A stretch of DNA of 64,000 nucleotides, from NCBI GenBank assembly GCA_964358895.1, contig CAYHPR010000001.1, positions 9,218 through 73,217 of the forward strand, in the 5' to 3' direction. The notes under the pieces are model-generated. The model saw only the letters and a program-made list of their open reading frames with translations. It did not search any database and was not told the origin of the DNA. Source of the stretch: Candidatus Micrarchaeota archaeon. Its GTDB lineage: Archaea > Micrarchaeota > Micrarchaeia > CABMEP01. Every line of letters starts with the position of its first letter. The stretch's first letter is position 1. A program made the translations under genes and the position numbers. Shown in pieces: positions 43,567 to 53,031 of this stretch.

Positions 43567-44556
43567 TTAACAGACATTTGAAAGTGATCCAACTCGCTCA
43601 CTGTGTCCTGCATCGATGAACTTCTCGAGTTCGTTAGCTAATTTGGCCTTGTTCTCTTCACTCATTGGTACCAGAGGTAGGCGTACACCGGATAAACACA
43701 TGTTCAGTATTTCCATTGCAGTCTTAATTGGCACAGGGTTTGTCTCGATAAATAACATCTTAACCAATGGAAGCATCCTGCGATGAATCTTTTCTGCTTC
43801 TTCAGGATCGCCTCGCTCAAATGCTTCAATCATTTCGGCAGTTTCATTTGGAAAAAGATTAGCAACGACGGAGATAACACCTGTACCTCCTATAGACAAG
43901 ACATCAAATGTTAAGGCATCATCACCTGACAATAATGCAATTTTATTCCCACATAAAGAAATAATTTTAGACATCTGATCAATATTTCCAGATGCTTCCT
44001 TAATGCCGACAACGGTAGGAAAATCACGATAAATACGTGCCATAGTTTCTGGCACCATATTCACGGCAGTTCGAGAAGGTATGTTATAAATAATAAGCGG
44101 AAGATTGCTTTCTTGAGTTATTACCTTATAGTGTTGGTAAAGACCTTCTTGAGTAGGCTTGTTGTAATAAGGGCAGATCACTAGTGCTGCATCTGCTCCT
44201 GCAAGTTCAGCAGCCTTAGTAAGTTTCACAGCCTCGTAAGTACTATTTGACCCCGTTCCAGGAATAACTAATTTATGGCCATCCACAAACTCTATGACCC
44301 GCTTAATAATTTCCACTTGCTCTTCATGATCCAACGTTGGAGATTCGCCAGTTGTTCCGCACGGAACTATTCCGGCCATTTTGGACTTCATATGGCAGTC
44401 TACAAGAGGTTTAAGCGCATCGTAATCTACAGGAGGTTTAAGCGAATTGTGATCTACTGCACCAGCATTGTCCCGTTTGAAAGGCGTAACTAAAGCAACA
44501 AAAGAGCCTCTGAGAATTTCTTTCGCATTTGATTGATTTATTTTTTGATAAACCAT
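43567..44556 (-). CDS. dapA: dihydrodipicolinate synthase family protein (DapA/NAL family lyase)
   Basis: TPF...GTTGES, Schiff-base lysine context GIKEASGN, TIM-barrel length. Carries an in-frame 9-aa duplicated insert near the N-terminus. Confidence 0.7.
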   Translation of the reverse strand: MVYQKINQSNAKEILRGSFVALVTPFKRDNAGAVDHNSLKPPVDYDALKPLVDCHMKSKMAGIVPCGTTGESPTLDHEEQVEIIKRVIEFVDGHKLVIPGTGSNSTYEAVKLTKAAELAGADAALVICPYYNKPTQEGLYQHYKVITQESNLPLIIYNIPSRTAVNMVPETMARIYRDFPTVVGIKEASGNIDQMSKIISLCGNKIALLSGDDALTFDVLSIGGTGVISVVANLFPNETAEMIEAFERGDPEEAEKIHRRMLPLVKMLFIETNPVPIKTAMEILNMCLSGVRLPLVPMSEENKAKLANELEKFIDAGHSERVGSLSNVC

Positions 44557-44564
44557 TACATCAC

Positions 44565-45254
44565 TTATACTTTAAATTCTCCGGCATCCTGTTTCTCCGA
44601 GAAAGATTTTACATTTCTAGACAACCATTGATACGGAAGCGATTGCTGGACACTTACGAATTCTTCTTCGGGTATGTTCTGAAGAGTTTGTATGTCATCC
44701 CATGTGCCGGTTAATAACTTTTGTCGGTCACTTTCGGGGATATCTAACAAAAAGGAGAGGTCGTTAACGCGGATAACTTTCTGTTCTAAATCAATCATAA
44801 ACTCCTTATTTGAATTAGCCTCAGCCAGATTCCATAAGTACGCTATTGTCTCTTTAGAAGTGGAAATAAGTGGTAGACCAATAACTGTAGAATTCCCCCT
44901 AAAAATATCAGCAAAAGATTCTGCAATCACTGCTTCAAAACCGCTGTTCGGACCCCACATTCTGAGCAGTGCTTGAGGAGCATGTTCTCTTGAAGACCCA
45001 CACCCGAAGTTACTTCCAGCTATAAGAATTTTTGATCCTCTGTAGATTTCTTCATTAAGCGGATGTGATAATTTGTTTCCGTTAGTATCGTGACGCCTTA
45101 GGTAAAATGCTTTTTCAGCAAGTTTATCCCATGTAACTTTCCTTAGCCAAGGAACAGCTGGAATAATTATGTCTGTATCGATGTCATTCTCTCGAAGCGC
45201 AACTGCTCTTCCTTTTATCTCTTTAAATTTTTGACCAGGTTGGGGTAAACTCAT
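44565..45254 (-). CDS. leuD: 3-isopropylmalate dehydratase small subunit (LeuD; aconitase-family swivel domain)
   Basis: ILIAGSNFGCGSSREHAPQAL signature. Overlaps the leuC stop by 4 nt. Confidence 0.75.
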   Translation of the reverse strand: MSLPQPGQKFKEIKGRAVALRENDIDTDIIIPAVPWLRKVTWDKLAEKAFYLRRHDTNGNKLSHPLNEEIYRGSKILIAGSNFGCGSSREHAPQALLRMWGPNSGFEAVIAESFADIFRGNSTVIGLPLISTSKETIAYLWNLAEANSNKEFMIDLEQKVIRVNDLSFLLDIPESDRQKLLTGTWDDIQTLQNIPEEEFVSVQQSLPYQWLSRNVKSFSEKQDAGEFKV

Positions 45255-46708
45255 AACATCTCCTTCTCAATTTCTAAAACTTCTCTGACATCTCTTATTT
45301 CACCAGTCAGCGCCGAATAGGTTACTGTTGCTGGACTAGCTAACATAGTACGTGCACCTGGACCCATTCGATTTTCAAAATTACGATTTGACGTTGAAAG
45401 ACAAAGCCTGCCAGCAGCTAACGTGTCTGGATTCATACCTAAACATTGTGAACAACCTGAATCTCTCCATTCAAAACCAGCTTCCTTGAAAATTTCATCT
45501 AAGCCCTCAAGCTCTGCCTTCTGCTTAACAGTTTGAGAACCAGGCACTACTAATGCATTGATATTTGATGAAACCTTTCCTCCTACTTGCTCTATGACCC
45601 ATGCAGCTTGCCTAAGGTCTTCTATACGCCCATTCGTACAGCTTCCGATGAAAGCATCAGTAAAGTTCATCCCCTTGATCGCCATGTCCTCAGGAAGTTG
45701 CATATATTTAAGTGCTTTTTTAACAGTGGCTTTTTCTTTTTCTGGAAGCCTGTCAATTAGTGGAGTTTTACCTGAGACAGGTGATGATTGTCCGGGATTT
45801 GTTCCCCACGTAACCATTGGTTCGATCTCTTCAGCGATAAACTTTACAATATCCTCGTAGTTAGCATCAGAATCAGATGCAACAGAACTCCAGTAGTCTT
45901 TTGCCTTCTCAAACTCTTGACCAACTGGCATAAACTTTCGACCATTAAGATATTCGAAAGTTTTCTCATCCGGATTAACGTAACCGATTTTTGCACCGCC
46001 TTCAATTGTCATATTGCACAATGTAAATCTAGCTTCTTGTGAAAGATCTTCGATAGTGCTGCCGGAATATTCGTAGGCGTAGCCAATCCCGCCGTTAACG
46101 CCCAGCTTGTTTATTACCCAAAGAATTACATCTTTCGCATAAACAGCAGGTGAAAGTAATCCGTTAATTTCTATCTTTCTAACTTTTGGTTGCTTCATAA
46201 TGACAGACTGCCTCGATAAGATCTGCTCGATCTGTGTTGTTCCTACAGCAAATGCAACTGCTCCAAGAGCACCATGTGTACTTGTGTGACTGTCACCGCA
46301 TGCGATAGTAATACCTGGCTGGGACAAACCAAGCTCAGGAGCTATAACGTGAATGATTCCTTGACATTTATGCCCGTATCCAAAAAATAAGATATTATTT
46401 TCGCTCGTATTTCTTTCTATGTGTTGCATCATTTCCTCAATATCGACCTCTGGCATTACTGGCCGTTTTCCGTTTACAAATGGCATAAACGTTGTAGGTT
46501 TTATGTGATCAACTGTAGCTAAAGTATGATTAGGAAATAAAACTTTAAGTCCTCGACGTCTCATGTCTTCGAATGCCTGAGGACTGGTAACTTCATGTAT
46601 CAGATGGAGGCCAACAAATAGAACTGTTGAACCGTCAGGTTGTTTTCTTACGGTGTGCTTATCCCATACTTTTTTAAGTAATGTTTGTCCTCCCATTTTT
46701 TTCACCAA
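45251..46708 (-). CDS. leuC: 3-isopropylmalate dehydratase large subunit (LeuC; aconitase family)
   Basis: 485 aa with Fe-S ligating Cys motifs (...GSCTNGRIEDL..., ...CGDSHT...) and the aconitase family pattern. A homoaconitase role cannot be excluded. Confidence 0.8.
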   Translation of the reverse strand: MVKKMGGQTLLKKVWDKHTVRKQPDGSTVLFVGLHLIHEVTSPQAFEDMRRRGLKVLFPNHTLATVDHIKPTTFMPFVNGKRPVMPEVDIEEMMQHIERNTSENNILFFGYGHKCQGIIHVIAPELGLSQPGITIACGDSHTSTHGALGAVAFAVGTTQIEQILSRQSVIMKQPKVRKIEINGLLSPAVYAKDVILWVINKLGVNGGIGYAYEYSGSTIEDLSQEARFTLCNMTIEGGAKIGYVNPDEKTFEYLNGRKFMPVGQEFEKAKDYWSSVASDSDANYEDIVKFIAEEIEPMVTWGTNPGQSSPVSGKTPLIDRLPEKEKATVKKALKYMQLPEDMAIKGMNFTDAFIGSCTNGRIEDLRQAAWVIEQVGGKVSSNINALVVPGSQTVKQKAELEGLDEIFKEAGFEWRDSGCSQCLGMNPDTLAAGRLCLSTSNRNFENRMGPGARTMLASPATVTYSALTGEIRDVREVLEIEKEML

Positions 46709-47836
46709 TTAACATACGGCAGCTAATTCACACTTTTCAATTTCTTCACAAACCAAGTCTCCAAATTGATCAGTTGAGACTATTTTATTTTCTGGAGTTT
46801 CTTTAGTTTTCAATTCCATAGTTCTATATCCGTTTCCAAATACATTGAAAAGCGCATTCCAAATTGCGTTTGCATCTTCTTTCAAATTAAATGATTTATC
46901 TAACATAAACGCTACGGAACCAATCATTGAATAAGGATTTGCAATGTTTTGGCAAGCAATATTTGGAGCTGAACCATGTGCAGGTTCATAATAACTTTTT
47001 TCAGGACCAATACATGCAGATGGCATTAAACCGAGCGATCCAAGAATTCCGCCTGCTTGATCAGTTAGTATATCTCCCATCATATTCTCAAAAAGCATTA
47101 CACCATTAAACTGACGTGGATTAACCATTAATTGAAAAGCGGCGTTGTCGACCAACATGTGCTCAAATAAAACATCCGTATAGTCTCTACGAACATTCTC
47201 TACTATTTCGTTCCAAAAAACGCTACAGGTTAAAACATTTGCTTTGTGTATATTGTAAAGTTTAGATCGTCTTGAAACGGCTTCATCAAATGCAAGCCTG
47301 GCTATTCTCACAACTTGATCTTCTTCGTATTTCATTTCATCAATTGCATACCTTTTCCCGTTTTCATCTGTTCCGGTATCGTTTTTCCCAAAATAAATAC
47401 CGCCAACAAGTTCTCGTATCATCATAATGTTAACGCCTTCACCTATAACTTCTGGTTTAAGAGGTGAAGAACTGAACAGAGCAGGTGGTGCTTTAACGGG
47501 TCTAAGATTTGCAAAAGTATCATACCTTTTTCTCAATGGCAGTATCGCGCCTCTTTCTGGTCGAAGATTGACATCTCCGATTTTATCGTATTTAGGTCCA
47601 CCAACTGGACCTTTCAGTATAGCGTCTGCCTTATCACAAATTGCCTTAGTCTCATCTGGAAACGGATGTCCGTATTTGTCATAAGCAACTCCACCAAAAT
47701 CAGCAAATAGAAGTGTGAACTCATGTCCTCTTTTCTTTGCAACAACATCGAGGACTTTTAAGCCTTCTTTCATTATTTCTGGCCCAATTCCGTCGCCTGG
47801 CAAAACCGCAATTGTCTTTTTCATAGTCACACACAA
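46709..47836 (-). CDS. leuB: 3-isopropylmalate dehydrogenase (isocitrate/isopropylmalate DH family)
   Basis: 375 aa. Family motifs ...NLRP... and GSAPDIAG-like (HGSAPNIACQN). Adjacent to leuCD. Confidence 0.75.
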   Translation of the reverse strand: MCVTMKKTIAVLPGDGIGPEIMKEGLKVLDVVAKKRGHEFTLLFADFGGVAYDKYGHPFPDETKAICDKADAILKGPVGGPKYDKIGDVNLRPERGAILPLRKRYDTFANLRPVKAPPALFSSSPLKPEVIGEGVNIMMIRELVGGIYFGKNDTGTDENGKRYAIDEMKYEEDQVVRIARLAFDEAVSRRSKLYNIHKANVLTCSVFWNEIVENVRRDYTDVLFEHMLVDNAAFQLMVNPRQFNGVMLFENMMGDILTDQAGGILGSLGLMPSACIGPEKSYYEPAHGSAPNIACQNIANPYSMIGSVAFMLDKSFNLKEDANAIWNALFNVFGNGYRTMELKTKETPENKIVSTDQFGDLVCEEIEKCELAAVC

Positions 47837-47887
47837 AAATACTTTATCATTTTAATAACTGGTTGAACTATATATACTTTTCTGCGA

Positions 47888-48688
47888 TTATACTCTTACT
47901 CTTGGCCCTCTTCGTTTTACTTCTTCCTTCGGAACATAAACTGCTTCTCCTTCAAACTTTCCTTTCTTCTCAAAAACAACCTTTGTTTCTGGTTCTTCTT
48001 CAATTTTCTTTTCCACAATCACAGGTTTTGGTTTCGTTTCATCTAAAACTTTTTTTATCCTCTGAATAGCAGAAATGTTTGCAAGAATAGCAAGAATTGG
48101 AAGCAGATATGCTAGAAAGATAATGTCAAATCCAGCTAAGAAAATGCCTGCAGTAAGCAGCCCAACTCTCTCCGCCCGTTCTAAGATGCCTCCCCTTATC
48201 TCTGGAATGTTAAGTTCTTTTTCCTTGGCAGCTGCCTTTACATAAGTTGTTGCCATTGCGCCGAATAGATAAAATGAAAGCCATACCTTTGCTGGCCAGA
48301 TAACTCCTGGAATAGCAACAAAAAACAACGGGAAGAGATAAAGAAATTCTGTATAACGATCACTGACCGTATCGATGTACGCACCCAACTTAGTAACACG
48401 GCGCGAGTAACGAGCCACAGCTCCATCAACCCAGTCAAAGAAACCTGAGAGCACTATGAGAACTGCGCCTAAAATAAATTGTTCACTGTAAATGAATAGA
48501 GACGCGAATACGGCAATAACAAGAGATAGAAGCGTCCAATGATTTGGATCCCTGTCAATCTTACTGAAAAAAGCACCTATTCCTTCCCGCAATTGATTAA
48601 CTTGCTTCGGAAGTTTATTTGCATTTTCAAATAACGTCATAAATACACTAATATTATAGATAGTTAAATTATATATAGCTTGCACCAA
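47888..48688 (-). CDS. CDP-alcohol phosphatidyltransferase family protein with soluble C-terminal extension
   Basis: DWVDGAVARYSRRVTKLGAYIDTVSDRYTE matches D-x2-D-G-x2-A-R...G...D-x3-D. Start uncertain. Confidence 0.65.
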   Translation of the reverse strand: MVQAIYNLTIYNISVFMTLFENANKLPKQVNQLREGIGAFFSKIDRDPNHWTLLSLVIAVFASLFIYSEQFILGAVLIVLSGFFDWVDGAVARYSRRVTKLGAYIDTVSDRYTEFLYLFPLFFVAIPGVIWPAKVWLSFYLFGAMATTYVKAAAKEKELNIPEIRGGILERAERVGLLTAGIFLAGFDIIFLAYLLPILAILANISAIQRIKKVLDETKPKPVIVEKKIEEEPETKVVFEKKGKFEGEAVYVPKEEVKRRGPRVRV

Positions 48689-48727
48689 GCGTATATTTAT
48701 TCACTGAATATCTGTGTGGGATTAATT

Positions 48728-49729
48728 ATGAACACAAACCTGAATACAAATGCAAATGTACAGTTAGAATTTGCTGCAAAATATCCCTTTTCCAAAACAG
48801 CTAAAGAACTGATTGGAAGTAGCAGTGTTGAGATTAATTTTGACGTAATGGAAAGGGCGAAGAAAAGAGTTGCAGATGGAGTCACAAACGAGAACATAAC
48901 TTCGTTTTATACAACTGATCAAAAACTTCTCAAGACAGAAGTGCTTTCTTATCCGATCTCTAAGATGATTGCATCCGAACTTGACAGAAAATTCATGATG
49001 AGATATGCAAATGGGGAGATAAGGAGAGCAGTCAGATACCTAAGAGAAAATGAAAGTGAATTATCGAAAGTTTGTCAAGAATTTGGCATTGAACATAAAG
49101 GGCTCAGCATGTCGCTTAGGTCTTATCTTAAGTACATTCCAAAAAGCAGGGAATGTAGGCTCTTATCTCAAAGCATATCTGAAGGAAATGTGATACTTGA
49201 TCAAAACAAATTCTTAGGAGTGGTTGCCGAAGCAATAAGAAGAACTGTTGAACACGGACTCCCAGTTAAACCACATATGATCCCTCCTGAATTGAAAAAA
49301 GATATCGAAGAAGCTGCCACAGAGGTTAAAGAAGAAATTAAAGACATAAAACTGACAGAAAGAGAGGTAACTGTTGCAAGCTCACAGATTGCACCATGTA
49401 TGCAAAAAATAATTGATAAAGCTAGAAGCGGTGAAAATATTTCACATTTTGCAAGAGTAGCTATTGCAGCGTATCTAGTAAAGAAAGGTTTCCCTTCTGA
49501 TTTTATTGTTGAAGTAATCTCGCATACTCCAAATTTCAATGAAAAAATAACTCGTTATCAAATAGATTTTATCAAAAAGAAGGGTTACAATACAACATCC
49601 TGTATGAATATGGATTCGTACGGGCTTAGGCTGCCCGAATGTGGGTGCCTTGGAATTGCGGGGATAAAGAATCCGATACAATTTGGCACAAGAACTGGCA
49701 AATTTAGAGCAGTTAGGGGAAGAAAATGA
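48728..49729 (+). CDS. priL: DNA primase large (regulatory) subunit PriL
   Basis: PriL-like core (...ISHFARVAIAAYLVKKGF...) and a C-terminal Cys cluster. Immediately precedes priS with a 4-nt overlap. Confidence 0.7.
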   Translation: MNTNLNTNANVQLEFAAKYPFSKTAKELIGSSSVEINFDVMERAKKRVADGVTNENITSFYTTDQKLLKTEVLSYPISKMIASELDRKFMMRYANGEIRRAVRYLRENESELSKVCQEFGIEHKGLSMSLRSYLKYIPKSRECRLLSQSISEGNVILDQNKFLGVVAEAIRRTVEHGLPVKPHMIPPELKKDIEEAATEVKEEIKDIKLTEREVTVASSQIAPCMQKIIDKARSGENISHFARVAIAAYLVKKGFPSDFIVEVISHTPNFNEKITRYQIDFIKKKGYNTTSCMNMDSYGLRLPECGCLGIAGIKNPIQFGTRTGKFRAVRGRK

Positions 49730-50862
49730 ACGAAACTGTAACTGAAGAGAATTTTATAAAAGAAAAATTCAAAAGATATTACTCATCTGCATGGACAAAA
49801 GGCCCAGTTAATATTCATACACGAGAGTTTGGGTTTGGAACGTGGACCAAAAAAATTGAATCAAGACATTTTTCCTTTGCTAATGAAAAAGAACTGAATA
49901 GCTATCTGGCCAGGAATGTTCCATTCTACATTTCGCATTCTGTTGCTTTTTACAAATTTCCATCAGCAAGACCAATTCAGAAAAAAGAATGGGTAAACGG
50001 AGAGATAGTTTTTGATTTTGATGCAAACCAGCTTGGATCACCCTGCACAGAGAGACATGGAAAGGAATGGGTTTGTCGAGAATGTATGGGTAAAGCAAAG
50101 GAGAATGCGCTTAGACTCATTGAAGATTATCTTATTGGTGAATTTGGAGTTAACGAAGAAAGCTTGTCCGTTAATTTTTCAGGAAATAGAGGCTACCATG
50201 TTCATTTGATGGGAGGATTTGAAGAGTTAAACAGTTACGCAAGGCGTGAGATTGCAGATTATGTTAATGGAAGAGGCGTGGAGTATGAAGACTTATTTGT
50301 AGAGGACAAAATCAGAAAGAAAACGATAGGCCCGAAAACAACTGAGGGCGGGTGGAAAGGAAGATTTGCAAAAATATTTTTAGAATACCTTACAAACCGA
50401 AGGTTAGAGAACATTGGAGTAACTCCTAAGACTGCCAATAGATTTTATGAGAAGAATGATGCAATAAAACAGATTGAAGCTGGGAATTGGGATACTGTTT
50501 TCATAAGTAACAAGAAGAAATTCATAGAAAAACTGATTGCAGAAGTAATTAGAATTAAAGGATGTGGAGTTGATGAAGGCGTAACTTTCGATACAAGTAA
50601 ACTCATTAGGATGCCAGACAGCATACATGGAGAGACGGGATTGATTGCTAAAAGGATGCAGCTAAAAGACTTGAAAAAATTCGATTATACAACGGAACCG
50701 ATAGTATTCAAAGGAAACCCGATAAAGATCTCAGTTAACAACTGCCCAGAAGTAACGCTTAACGGACAAACGTTTGGCCCTTACAAAGACAAAACAATTG
50801 AGCTACCAGAGTATGTTGCAGTTTATCTGCTATGCAAGAAGGTTGCGACTCTCGCACAATAA
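49726..50862 (+). CDS. priS: DNA primase small (catalytic) subunit PriS
   Basis: IVFDFDAN catalytic Asp motif, Zn knuckle CTERHGKEWVCREC, GNRGYHVHL. Confidence 0.85.
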   Translation: MNETVTEENFIKEKFKRYYSSAWTKGPVNIHTREFGFGTWTKKIESRHFSFANEKELNSYLARNVPFYISHSVAFYKFPSARPIQKKEWVNGEIVFDFDANQLGSPCTERHGKEWVCRECMGKAKENALRLIEDYLIGEFGVNEESLSVNFSGNRGYHVHLMGGFEELNSYARREIADYVNGRGVEYEDLFVEDKIRKKTIGPKTTEGGWKGRFAKIFLEYLTNRRLENIGVTPKTANRFYEKNDAIKQIEAGNWDTVFISNKKKFIEKLIAEVIRIKGCGVDEGVTFDTSKLIRMPDSIHGETGLIAKRMQLKDLKKFDYTTEPIVFKGNPIKISVNNCPEVTLNGQTFGPYKDKTIELPEYVAVYLLCKKVATLAQ

Positions 50863-50890
50863 GAATAAATAGCTTGTTTAGCAGTTATGG

Positions 50891-51496
50891 TTGTGGGAAG
50901 ATATGGAAGAACTGAATTATGAGGAACTAAGAAGGATACAGACAAAAGAGAAAGGTCCACTGCTTGCGCCCATACCGGACAATTTATATGAATTGGCAAC
51001 CAAGATGATACATAGGTATTCTGTTAGCAGCATTAACGATTTAAGGGAAAAAGAAAACGTTTTTAAAATCCTGAAGTATATTCATAATAGGAGAACTGAG
51101 AAAATTCTTATGTCGGCTCTCAATTCAAGCAAAGGTGTGGAACCTCCTGTTGAGATGACAAAAAAAGAAAAAGAGTTTTTTTCGCAGTTGATTATAATCC
51201 TGAAAGAAGAGGAACAAACCTCAGGATTTAACAATCCAGGAGAAGAGAGTAAACAAACAGCTTCTTCTATGATAAAAGAGATAAAAAAAGAAGCAACAAA
51301 CGAAACAACTGAAGGCATAAGTGAAGAAAACAAACTTAATAAGAGTGGAAGTGAAATAAATATAATTAAAGATATTGAAGAGTTTGTTGGATTGAATGGG
51401 AATACGTATGGCCCATACAAAACCGGCGAAAGGATATCTATTCCGAAAGAAGAAGCTGAAACACTAATAAAGATTAAGGCTGCAAAACAGATTTGA
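50891..51496 (+). CDS. putative GINS subunit (Gins51-like, A+B domains)
   Basis: N-terminal helical A-domain (EELRRIQTKEK...LYELATKMI...). The C-terminal B-domain NGNTYGPYKTGERISIPKEEAETLIK echoes the PriS C-terminus NGQTFGPYKDKTIELPEYVAVYL. The position next to priS is typical. Confidence 0.55.
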   Translation: MWEDMEELNYEELRRIQTKEKGPLLAPIPDNLYELATKMIHRYSVSSINDLREKENVFKILKYIHNRRTEKILMSALNSSKGVEPPVEMTKKEKEFFSQLIIILKEEEQTSGFNNPGEESKQTASSMIKEIKKEATNETTEGISEENKLNKSGSEINIIKDIEEFVGLNGNTYGPYKTGERISIPKEEAETLIKIKAAKQI

Positions 51497-51523
51497 GAGA
51501 CGAAAAATAAAAAGAGTGAAAAT

Positions 51524-51814
51524 ATGAAAATGATTGATACGACAAGAACATATTGTCCTGAGTGTAATAAACATACTGTTCAGAAGGTTAAACTCTATAA
51601 AAAAGGAAAAGAAAGCCCATTCTCTTACGGTAAAAGAAGATACGAAAGAAAATTGAGAGGATACGTGGGCAAGGTTAGCGGTAAGAAGTCCGTAAAGAAA
51701 AGAGGAAAGCACCAAAAGATAATGCTTGAATGCACAGTTTGCAAACACAGACAAGAACGAGTAATTGGAGGACGAACAGAAAAGGTTCTTGAGATTGTAA
51801 AGGTTGCATCGTAG
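51524..51814 (+). CDS. rpl44e: 50S ribosomal protein L44e
   Basis: CPECNKHTV...GKRRYERKLRGYVGK...LECTVCKH C4 zinc ribbon. Confidence 0.85.
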   Translation: MKMIDTTRTYCPECNKHTVQKVKLYKKGKESPFSYGKRRYERKLRGYVGKVSGKKSVKKRGKHQKIMLECTVCKHRQERVIGGRTEKVLEIVKVAS

Positions 51815-51868
51815 TAATAGTAGAGATAGCTACGACTAAATGAAACTACTAAAGGGAGTAAGGATATT

Positions 51869-52048
51869 ATGGATAAAAAAACACCTAAATCAAAGTTTTT
51901 CCAAGTCAAACACGACTGTGGAAATGAACAAACAGTTTTTGACAGCATTAAAATGGAAGTTAAATGCTTGATGTGCAACAAACCATTGGCAAAACCGACC
52001 GGAGGGCATTCACATATACTTGGTAAAATCGTAAAAGGTGTTGACTAA
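51869..52048 (+). CDS. rps27e: 30S ribosomal protein S27e
   Basis: Hand-translated 59-aa ORF MDKKTPKSKFFQVKHDCGNEQTVFDSIKMEVKCLMCNKPLAKPTGGHSHILGKIVKGVD with a C4 finger. The stop overlaps the aIF2alpha start (TAATG). Confidence 0.8.
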   Translation: MDKKTPKSKFFQVKHDCGNEQTVFDSIKMEVKCLMCNKPLAKPTGGHSHILGKIVKGVD

Positions 52049-52803
52049 TGAAGGAGATGCCGGATTATGACGAGTTAGTCATTGCCACAATAAAAAAGAT
52101 TTTCCCGTATGGTGCTTTTTGTTATCTTGAAGAATATAAGAAAGAAGGTTTCATTCACGTTTCTGAAGTTGCTCCTCGCTGGATAAAAAATATTCATAAT
52201 TTTGTAAAGGAAGGACAGAGAGTTGTAGGAAGAGTTTATAGAATTGTTCCAGAGAAAAACCTAATTGATATCTCACTGAAAAGAGTGTCAGATTCAGACG
52301 AAGCTAGAAAACTAGAGTCATTCAAACGCGACAAACGTGTTATGAAGCTGCTTGAAGTTGCAAGGGCTAAAACAAAGAAAGCTTCAAAACTGACAATTGA
52401 AGAGATAAAATCTAAGATTGAACAGGCATACGGTGATGGTTATCTTGGATTTGAACAGGCAGCAAGCGATGGCGAAGAAGGACTGAAAAAGGCTGAATTG
52501 CCTGAAGAATGGGTAAAATCTATTGTAGAAGTTGCTAAGGATAACATAAAGAAACAAAAAAGAAGAATAAACGGTGTATTAACGATCCAATCAAATCAAT
52601 CAAATGGAATTGAAGTGATTAAATCTGCACTTAATATAAAAAATGCAGAGATTGTATACCTCGGCGCACCGAGATATCTTATTACTGTGGAAGGAGAGGA
52701 TTATAAGAAATGTGAAAAACATCTTAAGGCGATAGTAGAGGAAGTTACAGAAGTAGTAGAAAATAGCGGCGGAAAATGCGAATTTGAAAGAAAAGAAGAA
52801 TGA
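52048..52803 (+). CDS. translation initiation factor 2 alpha subunit (aIF2alpha)
   Basis: N-terminal S1 domain (...GFIHVSEVAPRWIKNIHNFVKEGQRVVGRV...). 251 aa. Lies in the conserved L44e-S27e-aIF2alpha-Nop10 cluster. Confidence 0.85.
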   Translation: MKEMPDYDELVIATIKKIFPYGAFCYLEEYKKEGFIHVSEVAPRWIKNIHNFVKEGQRVVGRVYRIVPEKNLIDISLKRVSDSDEARKLESFKRDKRVMKLLEVARAKTKKASKLTIEEIKSKIEQAYGDGYLGFEQAASDGEEGLKKAELPEEWVKSIVEVAKDNIKKQKRRINGVLTIQSNQSNGIEVIKSALNIKNAEIVYLGAPRYLITVEGEDYKKCEKHLKAIVEEVTEVVENSGGKCEFERKEE

Positions 52804-52988
52804 TCTGTGAAAACATGGTAGAAAATAAATTGAGAAAATGTACAGTTTGTAATGCTTATACGATGGAAGTGATGCACCACGAGACTAACACAAGAGTTGG
52901 GCATCCTGTAAGATATAATAAGTTTATAAGTGAAGAGTATAGTAAGTATAGACTCGAACTTGATACAGGTAAAGAAGAGAAAAAATGA
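52800..52988 (+). CDS. nop10: H/ACA RNP protein Nop10
   Basis: ...LRKCTVCNAYTM...HPVRYNKFISEEYSKYR. Zn-ribbon form. Confidence 0.75.
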   Translation: MICENMVENKLRKCTVCNAYTMEVMHHETNTRVGHPVRYNKFISEEYSKYRLELDTGKEEKK

Positions 52989-53031
52989 TTTGCTTTTTTT
53001 GAAAAGCAAAGTTTTCTAATAGGGTGAGAAA

